Source: an uncultured Clostridia bacterium (lineage in GTDB: Bacteria; Bacillota; Clostridia; UBA1381; UMGS1253). Taken from it: a stretch of 64,000 bases of DNA. Below the pieces are notes generated by a model, which saw nothing but the letters and a program-made list of their open reading frames with translations, was not told the DNA's origin and did no database searches. The stretch covers positions 106 through 64,105 of the forward strand of contig CAKSHB010000005.1 in NCBI GenBank assembly GCA_934456295.1, in the 5' to 3' direction. How positions within the stretch are numbered: position 1 is the stretch's first letter; every line of letters starts with the position of its first letter. Positions 56,271-64,000 of the stretch are shown here, piece by piece. A program made the translations under genes and the position numbers.

Positions 56271-58262
56271 TTAACCGTTTATACCTGCGTCCTCAACAAC
56301 CTGCGTATACTTTGCCGGACGCACAAGCGGCTTGAAAGCTTTTCCGCCGCTCTCATAAAACTTTCCGAAAAATTCAACATACTGCAATCTGCTTGCATGC
56401 ACATATGCGCCGAGCGTGTTGATTGCAATATTGAACAGATGTCCCACAATAAACACCGCAAAAAACAATATCCAGCCGCCTATGTTGTTGCCGCCCATCG
56501 AGCCCATTGTGTTTATAACGCTCGCCACAACGCCTGTCGAAAGTCCGAGGGCAAGCAGTCTTGAATATGACAGCAAATCGCTCAGATAGCTTACAACGTC
56601 ATACAAAGAACCTATGCCGCCGATAAGCTTTGCAAAAATGTTTTTCTTCTCGCGTCCCTGCGTCAGTATAAGTCCGACCGCTCCGGCTATTGCTGTCCAC
56701 ATGCCTATCTGTGTAACGGGCGTGCCGGGCATTACAAATCCCAGACACACAATTCCGAGTCCGCCGAGCACCAGATACCAAAAGCCCACATCAAACACCG
56801 CGTCCCATACATGGCCGCGCTTTATAAGCAGATATGCCTTTGCTCCCATGCCGGCAAACAAATGTATAAGTCCTAATATGAGCGATAAAATCAGCACCGA
56901 AATCGGGTCCGCCGACGGGTTCATAAGCGACGGTATTGTAATTTCTTTTCCTGTGGCAAGCTTAACCGCCACCTGAATTGTATCGCCGAAATATCCGCCG
57001 AAAATCGCGCCCCATATCATCGTTGATATGCCGCCCAGACATATAAGCCCCATAAGCTGTTTTGCCTGTCCCTGCGGCTTATACTTCCACAGTATAAATG
57101 CCGTTGCAAGCGTCAGTACAAGTCCGTATCCCGCATCAGATACCATCATTCCGAAAAACAGGAAGAAGAACGGCGCCATAAGCTTGTTCGGATCCATAGA
57201 ATGAGGCGCCGGAAGCGAATACATCTCCGTAACCGTTTCAAACGGCTGCACAATCTTCGGATTTCTGAGAAGTATCGGATATGCCTCTTCTTCACTCGGA
57301 GCCTCTGTTTCGGTTTCACATAAAAAGTTCTTCTCAAGCGCCTTTGCAACAGTATCGGCAGCCTCTGCCGGAACCCAGCCTTTAAGAATTACCGTGCTCT
57401 GTGTGCAAGCGAGCTTGTCAAGCGCACGCTGTTTTTCCGCACATTCGCTTATATAGTCGTACAATATCTCAAGCTTTGCCTTCTCCTCTGCCATCTCTCT
57501 GAGTTCATCAATCTTTTTCTGCGCCTCGCCCGAAAGCGCCTCTATTTTCCCCTTCAGGCTGACAATCATGCGCACAGGCGTATCGTCGCCGCTTACGGCT
57601 GCCATGCTGAAGCCGAACTGTGCCATTATGCGCCCGAGCGCTTCCTCTGATGATTTATGATACAAAATATAAATGTATCGAAAATCTTTATCTGCTGACA
57701 GCTCCTCGGCATATGCGCATATATTTTCCTCTTCAAATTTGTCCGAAAGCTCCTCCGGTGCAACCGAAACAGGAACTGTGCCGAGCATTACGCCCGTATT
57801 CTTTGTGCCCTTGTATCCGAGCGAAAACGGCAGCTTTTCCCAGCGTGTCAGCGATTCAATCTCGTTTTGCAGTCTGTTCTGCTCCGTCTTTATCTCTCTG
57901 CCCCGCGCACTCGCGGCGCACACGCGCTCCGCAAAGGCAAGCTCTTTATCAAAGCCGTCCACAACCTCGCGGTACATACTTTTTGAAACACTTCTGCGCG
58001 GTGCAAAAAGCACCTTCTTCACATTAACGTATGCGGCAAGAATGTCAATCGCGTCCTTCACGGTTTTCATCTGTGCGTCATACTCGCTCAAAAGCTCACT
58101 GTCGGACTGTTTTTCCAAAAGTCCGTCATATTCTTCCGCAATCTGCTCTTCACTTATGTCATCTACCTGCGTGACGCCCATTTTCATGAGAAAGTCAACA
58201 ATGTCCTTCTCATTCTCTCTGAGGGCAATAACGCTGAGCTTTTTCATGTTTACAATCGCCAT
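56271..58262 (-). CDS. ntpI: V-type ATP synthase subunit I (stator a-type)
   Basis: Soluble N-terminal half plus a multi-TM C-terminal half containing the conserved Arg region (HASRLQYVEFF). Confidence 0.9.
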   Translation of the reverse strand: MAIVNMKKLSVIALRENEKDIVDFLMKMGVTQVDDISEEQIAEEYDGLLEKQSDSELLSEYDAQMKTVKDAIDILAAYVNVKKVLFAPRRSVSKSMYREVVDGFDKELAFAERVCAASARGREIKTEQNRLQNEIESLTRWEKLPFSLGYKGTKNTGVMLGTVPVSVAPEELSDKFEEENICAYAEELSADKDFRYIYILYHKSSEEALGRIMAQFGFSMAAVSGDDTPVRMIVSLKGKIEALSGEAQKKIDELREMAEEKAKLEILYDYISECAEKQRALDKLACTQSTVILKGWVPAEAADTVAKALEKNFLCETETEAPSEEEAYPILLRNPKIVQPFETVTEMYSLPAPHSMDPNKLMAPFFFLFFGMMVSDAGYGLVLTLATAFILWKYKPQGQAKQLMGLICLGGISTMIWGAIFGGYFGDTIQVAVKLATGKEITIPSLMNPSADPISVLILSLILGLIHLFAGMGAKAYLLIKRGHVWDAVFDVGFWYLVLGGLGIVCLGFVMPGTPVTQIGMWTAIAGAVGLILTQGREKKNIFAKLIGGIGSLYDVVSYLSDLLSYSRLLALGLSTGVVASVINTMGSMGGNNIGGWILFFAVFIVGHLFNIAINTLGAYVHASRLQYVEFFGKFYESGGKAFKPLVRPAKYTQVVEDAGING

Positions 58263-58585
58263 TACCCAACAATCCTTTCAATTATAAAGTCCGCAGCCTT
58301 TTCAAGCTTCGGTCGGGTAAGAAAGCCCATCGCCTCCGCTTCCTTCTTTGCTTCAAGAAGTATGCGCTCTTTTTCATCTTCCGCCTCATGCGATGCTGCG
58401 TCAATCATTTTTGCGGTTTCCTTCTGGGCAAAAGGTCCGACGCCAAGCTCGGAATTATGCGCGTCTTTATCTGCCTGTGACAGAATTTCGCGTGCGCGCG
58501 CATTTGCCTGCTTTATAATTTCATCGGCTTTGCTCTCGGCCGCCTTGATTTCGGCAATTATATTCTTTTCCACTTCTATAACCAC
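58262..58585 (-). CDS. V-type ATP synthase peripheral-stalk subunit (G/H-like)
   Basis: Short Ala/Glu/Lys-rich helical protein, first in the operon. Its stop overlaps the subunit I start (TAATG). Start uncertain (GTG 58585 or 58573). Confidence 0.7.
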   Translation of the reverse strand: MVIEVEKNIIAEIKAAESKADEIIKQANARAREILSQADKDAHNSELGVGPFAQKETAKMIDAASHEAEDEKERILLEAKKEAEAMGFLTRPKLEKAADFIIERIVG

Positions 58586-58650
58586 CCTTCTGCATGAAGT
58601 ATTTTACTTTATCAAAGTAATGTGCGCCAAAATTTTTGCTTTTACCGCCA

Positions 58651-59799
58651 CTACTTAAAGTCTGCAACTCTTTGCTTATTTATTCCAAATTCATATAAAA
58701 GTGCGTCAACAATTCTTTTCGACGCGTTTCCGTCACCGTACGGATTTGCCGCATGCGCCATTTTGTCATATGCATCTTTATTCTCAATAAGCTCCGACGC
58801 AAGTGCGATTATGTCGTCTTTTTTAACTCCCGCAACCTTTACCGTACCTGCCTCAACAGCCTCGGGGCGCTCTGTTTCGTTACGCAGCACTATTACTGGC
58901 TTTGCCAGCGACGGCGCCTCCTCCTGCAATCCGCCCGAGTCTGTCATTACCATGTAGCATCTCGCCATTGCATTATGCAAATCATCTACGTTGACAGGTT
59001 CTATGAGCGAAACCCTGTCAAGTCCGCCGAGAATTTCGTTTGCAACCTCACGTACTGCCGGATTAAGATGTACCGGATATACAAGGTGCACATCTTCATA
59101 TGTTGTAACTATATGGCGCAGCGCCTCGCATATGTTGCGCAGCGGTTCGCCCAGATTTTCGCGGCGGTGTGCAGTAACCAGTATTACCTTTTTCGATGAA
59201 AAATCAAGCTTTGCCAGTGTTTCGTCCGTAAACTTGTAATCGTCTTTTACAGTGCTCTTGAGTGCGTCTATGACTGTATTTCCCGTTATATATATCTTCT
59301 TTTCATCAACGTTCTCCCTGAGCAGGTTGTTTTTATTTGCCTGTGTGGGCGAAAAATGAAAATCTGCCATAACGCCCGTCAGACATCTGTTCATCTCCTC
59401 GGGGAACGGCGAATATTTATCATATGTACGAAGCCCCGCCTCGACATGTCCGATTTTTACCTGGTTATAAAATGCTGCAAGCGCGCCGGCAAAAGTCGTT
59501 GATGTATCGCCGTGAACCAGCACAACATCGGGCTTCTCCTGTTTTATAACCTCATCAAGCCCCATCAGCACACGCGTCGTAATTCCGACAAGCGACTGAC
59601 GCTCTTTCATTATGTCAAGGTCATAGTCGGGCTTGATATCAAACATTTCAAGCACCTGGTCAAGCATTTGTCTGTGCTGCGCCGTAACACAGACCTTTGC
59701 GTCAATATGCTCACATGCAGCAAGTTCAAGTGCAAGCGGAGCCATTTTGATTGCCTCGGGACGTGTTCCGAACACAGTCATCGCTTTTATCTTTTTCAT
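58651..59799 (-). CDS. wecB: UDP-N-acetylglucosamine 2-epimerase (non-hydrolysing)
   Basis: VFGTRPEAIKMAPL, HVEAGLRT, DSGGLQEEAP. ATG 59799 behind AGAGAGGAAA; the track ORF is 117 nt too long. Confidence 0.9.
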   Translation of the reverse strand: MKKIKAMTVFGTRPEAIKMAPLALELAACEHIDAKVCVTAQHRQMLDQVLEMFDIKPDYDLDIMKERQSLVGITTRVLMGLDEVIKQEKPDVVLVHGDTSTTFAGALAAFYNQVKIGHVEAGLRTYDKYSPFPEEMNRCLTGVMADFHFSPTQANKNNLLRENVDEKKIYITGNTVIDALKSTVKDDYKFTDETLAKLDFSSKKVILVTAHRRENLGEPLRNICEALRHIVTTYEDVHLVYPVHLNPAVREVANEILGGLDRVSLIEPVNVDDLHNAMARCYMVMTDSGGLQEEAPSLAKPVIVLRNETERPEAVEAGTVKVAGVKKDDIIALASELIENKDAYDKMAHAANPYGDGNASKRIVDALLYEFGINKQRVADFK

Positions 59800-59896
59800 G
59801 ATTAAACATTTCCTCTCTTTATGTCCGCCATACAGCGTTTTTATATCTTTTGTTTTATGCCGGTTTATAACGTTTTTATTGTTTTTTCTGATTTTT

Positions 59897-61033
59897 CTAT
59901 TTCTCGTTTCTGTCAACTCTGTCTATTTTGCTGATTGTCACCTTTATGTTTTCATCGCCGCCGAAGCCGCTTTTCTTTTTCTGAATTTTTCTGCCGCGTG
60001 TAATTATACCGCCTACAAATATCACAACCAAAACTCCTATCAGCAAAAGAAGTGCGCGTCCGGCGCCGCTCTCTGCCAGAACAACCGCCGCAAGACCCAA
60101 AACGCCGCTCATTGCATAGAGTATAAAAACTGCCTGTTTTTTTGAAAATCCCATATCGACAAGCCTGTGGTGTATATGACCTCTATCGGGCGTCATAACC
60201 CCCTGACCCGTCAGAAGCCTTCTTATCATTACAAATGCCGTATCAAATATCGGCAGTCCGAAAATCAATACGGGCACGGCAAACGATATCACGGCATAGC
60301 TCTTAAAGCCGCCCTGCACAGACAGCACGGCAAGAGTATAGCCGAGAAATGTTGAGCCTGTATCGCCGAGAAACATTTTCTTTTTGCGCCTGAAGTTAAA
60401 CGGCATAAAGCCAAAGCATGCACCCGCTATGATAATTGCGATAAGCGCAATCGCAGGCTCATCAACCATATTTGCTATAAATACAAGCGACACTGCCGCA
60501 ATCGACGACACGCCTGCCGATAATCCGTCAAGCCCGTCAATCAGATTTACCGCATTTGTTATTGCAACAATCCACAGCACCGTAAAAGGCACCGAAACCC
60601 AGTCGCTCAATATCAGAAATTTCTCGTTTGAGAACACATTCGGGTTTGTGAATATGTTTATCTTTACATTTCCGATATATATTACAGTCAGTGCAGCTAT
60701 AATCTGAACGCATAATTTCAGTTTTGCGCTGAGTCCGCGGCTGTCATCAATAATTCCCAGCATCACAATGATAACCGCTCCGCACAAAAGACCTATCAGC
60801 TCCTGTGTTATCTCGCAGAAACACAGCACGCTGACAAGAAAGCCGAAAAACAGCGCCAGTCCGCCCAGACGCGGCGTGGGCGCTGTATGCATGCGCCTTT
60901 CCTCGCCCGGCATATCTATGGCTCCGATTTTTTTTGCAATGCCCCTTGCAAGCGGCATTGAAATCACCGTAAAGCCGAATGCCACCAAAAAAGCTATTCC
61001 CAAAAGAATATATATCATGATATCTCTGTCCAT
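59897..61033 (-). CDS. tagO: GT4-family undecaprenyl-phosphate N-acetylhexosamine-1-phosphate transferase (TagO/WecA type)
   Basis: MraY/WecA-family pattern: NAVNLIDGLDGL, FLGDTGSTFLG, about 10-11 TM segments. Confidence 0.85.
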   Translation of the reverse strand: MDRDIMIYILLGIAFLVAFGFTVISMPLARGIAKKIGAIDMPGEERRMHTAPTPRLGGLALFFGFLVSVLCFCEITQELIGLLCGAVIIVMLGIIDDSRGLSAKLKLCVQIIAALTVIYIGNVKINIFTNPNVFSNEKFLILSDWVSVPFTVLWIVAITNAVNLIDGLDGLSAGVSSIAAVSLVFIANMVDEPAIALIAIIIAGACFGFMPFNFRRKKKMFLGDTGSTFLGYTLAVLSVQGGFKSYAVISFAVPVLIFGLPIFDTAFVMIRRLLTGQGVMTPDRGHIHHRLVDMGFSKKQAVFILYAMSGVLGLAAVVLAESGAGRALLLLIGVLVVIFVGGIITRGRKIQKKKSGFGGDENIKVTISKIDRVDRNEK

Positions 61034-61095
61034 GGATATTTCACTCCGTATTTTTATCCGATGCGTGTTTTATAAAAATTTATGCCGTATGCTTT

Positions 61096-62133
61096 TTATT
61101 TTGCCACAAATCCGACCTTTTTATAAACCTTGCGCACGGTTTTGTTTGCGGCATATGCTGCCTGCTGTGCGCCTTCTTTATATATGCTCTCAAGATAGGC
61201 TTTGTCGGAAAGAAGTCTTTCCGTTTCCTCTCTTATCGGGCGCAGCGCTTCAACAACCGCCTCGCCGACTCTTGTTTTAAAGTCGCCGTAGCCGAGTCCG
61301 TCAAATTCTTTTTCGATTTCATCAACGCTCTTCTGCGTTATCGCCGAATATATCTGCATAAGGTTTGACACGCCGGGTTTGTTTTCTGCATCATATCTCA
61401 CATGTGTGTCACTGTCCGTAACCGCGCGTTTGAATGCCTTCATTATGGCCTCGGGCTTATCAAGCAGGCATATACAGCCGCCGTTGTCCTGCTCCGATTT
61501 GCTCATTTTGTTTTCGGGCTGCTGCAAGCTCATTATGCGCGCACCCGTTTTCGGTATGAACGGTTCGGGCATTGTGAACACATCGCCGTATACGCCGTTA
61601 AAGCGCGACGCTATATCGCGCGTTATTTCAACATGCTGCTTCTGGTCGTCGCCGACGGGCACAAGGTCCGCCTGATATATAAGTATATCCGCCGCCATAA
61701 GCACTGGATATGTAAACAGTCCCGCGTTTATGTTTGCCGAATTTTTTGCCGATTTGTCCTTAAACTGCGTCATGCGCGAAAGCTCGCCGAACATCGTATA
61801 GCAGCTCAGCACCCACGAAAGCTCCGCATGTGCCGGCACATGGCTCTGAATAAAAATCGTATTTTTCTTCGGGTCAAGTCCGCATGCAAGATATGTCGCA
61901 AGCTGCGTCAGCGTGCGGCGTCTTAACTCTGACGGATTTTGGCGCACGGTTATTGCATGCATATCTGCCATCATATAGTAGCACTCATAATCGTCCGAAA
62001 GCTCAACCCAGTTTTTTATCGCGCCAAGATATGAGCCGAGAGTCAGCTCTCCGCTCGGCTTAATACCTGAAAGTATTCTTTTTTTTCTGTCCGATGAATT
62101 GTTTTGTATATCCATACTGTCTTTTTGTTCCAT
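61096..62133 (-). CDS. trpS: Tryptophan--tRNA ligase
   Basis: SGIKPSGELTLGSYLG (HIGH-type region), KMSKS present as KMSKSE. Confidence 0.95.
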   Translation of the reverse strand: MEQKDSMDIQNNSSDRKKRILSGIKPSGELTLGSYLGAIKNWVELSDDYECYYMMADMHAITVRQNPSELRRRTLTQLATYLACGLDPKKNTIFIQSHVPAHAELSWVLSCYTMFGELSRMTQFKDKSAKNSANINAGLFTYPVLMAADILIYQADLVPVGDDQKQHVEITRDIASRFNGVYGDVFTMPEPFIPKTGARIMSLQQPENKMSKSEQDNGGCICLLDKPEAIMKAFKRAVTDSDTHVRYDAENKPGVSNLMQIYSAITQKSVDEIEKEFDGLGYGDFKTRVGEAVVEALRPIREETERLLSDKAYLESIYKEGAQQAAYAANKTVRKVYKKVGFVAK

Positions 62134-62170
62134 ATCAAACTCTCCCGTGTTCCTTTTTATTATTTACCCA

Positions 62171-63367
62171 TTATACATGCGCTTTAAGCACATCGCCGAG
62201 TATTTTTATTCCTTTTTTTATCGATTCGGGCGTTGTGACCGAGAAATTCAGTCTGAAAATGTTTGAAGGCGCTTCTATGTCCGTCATAAATGTGTTGCCC
62301 GGAACATATGCAACCTTATGCTCTATCGCCTCATTGAGCATAACTTTTGTATCAACACCCTCCGGCATTGTGCACATTATGAATATTCCGCCCTCTGGAC
62401 GCGTAAACTTACACTCCTTCGGGAAGCGCTTTTCCATCTCGCTTATCATAAGCTCACATCTTTTGCCATATTCCGCCGCACATTTTTCGATATGTGCGTC
62501 ATAGTCGTAATTTTTTATATATTCATATACCATCATCTGATTAAGAACCGGTGTGTGAACATCGTTTACCTGCTTTACAACAACAAATCTGTCAACTATG
62601 TCCTTTCTTGCCGACACAAAGCCTACGCGCAGTCCGGGCGCAAGCGTTTTTGAATATGTGCCCGCATATATTACTCTGCCCTCTGTATCCATAGATTTTA
62701 TCGTTGCTACGGTTTCTCCCTTAAAACGCAGCTCGCCGTAAGGGTTGTCCTCAAGAATAAACACATTGTATTTCTTTGCAAGCTCCAAAAGAGCCCTTCT
62801 CTTTTCAATGCTCATCGTTGTGCCCGACGGATTTTGGAATGTCGGAATTGTGTATATAAATTTGATATTTTCGTGATTTTTCAGATGTTCCTCAACCTGC
62901 ATAAGGTTCATTCCGTCATCTTCTATCTCAACATCATAGAACTTTGCCCCATATGAGCGGAATGAGTTCAAGGAACCTATAAAGCTCGGCTTTTCAACAA
63001 TAACCCCGTCGCCTGCCTCCAGAAGCACCTTTGCTGACAAATCAATCGCCTGCTGTGCGCCCGTAGTTATAACAAGCTCATCAATTTCTTCATTATATAC
63101 ACCGAGCTTTTTTGCACGCTGCTTTGTAATTTCGCGCAGCGGCGCATATCCCTCGGAAACGCCGTATATAAGCGCCGGCGTTGGTGAATTTGTGAGCATG
63201 TCGCTCGTTATTTTTGCCCATTCCTTTGACGGAAAAAGCTCGGGCGCAGGTATTCCTGCCGCAAAGGATATGATATCGTCCTTCGCTATAAGCTTAAAAA
63301 TCTCTCTTATGGCGCTTGCCTGCATTGAAGCAACGGCAGGCGTAAAAATCTCATTTTTGCAATTCAT
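62171..63367 (-). CDS. PLP-dependent aminotransferase, class I/II (aromatic/2-aminoadipate aminotransferase-like)
   Basis: Fold-type I pattern (SFAAGIP.PELFP, NPSGTT, YSKTLAPGLRVG with the PLP Lys, R near the C-terminus). ATG 63367 behind GGAAGGAAG. Confidence 0.85.
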   Translation of the reverse strand: MNCKNEIFTPAVASMQASAIREIFKLIAKDDIISFAAGIPAPELFPSKEWAKITSDMLTNSPTPALIYGVSEGYAPLREITKQRAKKLGVYNEEIDELVITTGAQQAIDLSAKVLLEAGDGVIVEKPSFIGSLNSFRSYGAKFYDVEIEDDGMNLMQVEEHLKNHENIKFIYTIPTFQNPSGTTMSIEKRRALLELAKKYNVFILEDNPYGELRFKGETVATIKSMDTEGRVIYAGTYSKTLAPGLRVGFVSARKDIVDRFVVVKQVNDVHTPVLNQMMVYEYIKNYDYDAHIEKCAAEYGKRCELMISEMEKRFPKECKFTRPEGGIFIMCTMPEGVDTKVMLNEAIEHKVAYVPGNTFMTDIEAPSNIFRLNFSVTTPESIKKGIKILGDVLKAHV

Positions 63368-63759
63368 TTTACACTGCACTTCCTTCCGCAAAAATACAAT
63401 AAAATCCTAATTTATAAATATTATCGTGCCAAATATGGCACATATGTATAAAAACACTGCTCTTAGTCTATAATCATATCATAAATATTCCAAAAAGTAA
63501 AGCACGATTATTAAATTATAAATATTGGTTTTTATATTAATTTAGGTATTGATTTTTTGCTCAATATATTATACAATTAATTACAGGAAATAATTTCCGT
63601 CAAGTTTATTTCATGTTTTTAATTTATTCCATTATTAAAATTCAATACCAAAAAATTACGGGATATGTTTTTTTCTTTGTTTCTCTTTACTTTTCTGCGT
63701 ATCCTGTGTTATAATTTTTATGCAAATATTTCAATTCAATTTTATGAGGAGGAAAAAGG

Positions 63760-64000
63760 ATGAACAAAAAGTACGTTTATCTCTTCAGTGAGGGCGACGC
63801 GTCCATGAGGAATCTTTTGGGCGGCAAAGGCGCAAACCTTGCTGAAATGACAAAGCTCGGTTTCCCTGTTCCCCAGGGCTTCACCGTAACGACGGAGGCT
63901 TGTACGCGTTACTATGACGACGGAAGAAAAATAGGCGACGATATTATCGCGGAAATAAAAGAAAAACTCGCTGTTGCAGAACAGATTGCAGGAAAGAAAT
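63760..64000 (+). CDS. ppdK: Pyruvate, phosphate dikinase, 5' end only (runs off the window)
   Basis: MNKKYVYLFSEGDASMRNLLGGKGANLAEMTKLGFPVPQGFTVTTEAC. RBS GAGGAGG. Confidence 0.9.
   Translation, partial: MNKKYVYLFSEGDASMRNLLGGKGANLAEMTKLGFPVPQGFTVTTEACTRYYDDGRKIGDDIIAEIKEKLAVAEQIAGKK

Noticed and set aside
63392-63759. 370-bp AT-rich divergent intergenic region between the aminotransferase and ppdK. It contains a repeated 10-mer TATAAATATT (about 63411 and 63516) and small hairpins.
   Set aside because: At this AT content a 10-mer repeat is not clearly non-random. I recognised no riboswitch or T-box core, so I treat it as ordinary divergent promoter DNA.

Overview
This 64 kb chromosomal window looks like a Bacillota (Clostridia-type) genome. 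That assignment is inferred from gene order and content only. I count about 57 protein-coding genes and 2 tRNAs. I found no rRNA, no CRISPR array and no intact mobile element.

Gene content, left to right:
- tRNA-Pro with a consensus promoter and two terminators, followed by a doubly truncated ParB/DNA-methyltransferase relic.
- A minus-strand operon of a type I dehydroquinase-like protein plus three oxidoreductases, divergent from an AraC regulator.
- A secreted heparinase II/III-like lyase, a cytoplasmic clan GH-A hydrolase and a frameshifted AraC gene.
- tRNA-Trp, ptsH and tgt.
- A purine-riboswitch-like leader in front of xpt, a BMP/ABC nucleoside transporter and purA.
- The conserved minus-strand block thiN-rpe-rsgA-prkC-stp-rlmN-rsmB-(Zn peptidase)-fmt-def-priA-rpoZ-gmk-remA-yicC.
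- An orphan AraC regulator, then nrdD-nrdG.
- A 10.4 kb plus-strand cluster of eight genes: a GntR-HTH/PBP1 regulator, a single-domain GH42-like protein, a SIS protein, a Rossmann-less MocA-C-terminal-like protein, a full Gfo/Idh/MocA oxidoreductase, two tandem divergent GH20-like paralogs and a GH94-like phosphorylase. None of the seven enzymes has a signal peptide, and the cluster has no transporter.
- A nine-gene V-type ATPase operon, wecB-tagO, an aminotransferase with trpS, and the 5' end of ppdK.

Most worth a second look:
1. The purine riboswitch. Its junction core is canonical, but distal P3 is replaced by a 91-nt insert that folds as a terminator-like hairpin.
2. The enzyme-only glycan cluster at 39.4-49.8 kb, including gene-conversion tracts between its GH20-like paralogs and an orphan MocA C-terminal-domain protein.
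3. An A6-tract frameshift in an AraC gene.
4. rsgA, which has no ATG/GTG/TTG start upstream of its conserved N-terminus.
5. Na+-type ligand motifs in the V-ATPase K subunit.

All functional calls come from motif recognition by eye. No database search was run.
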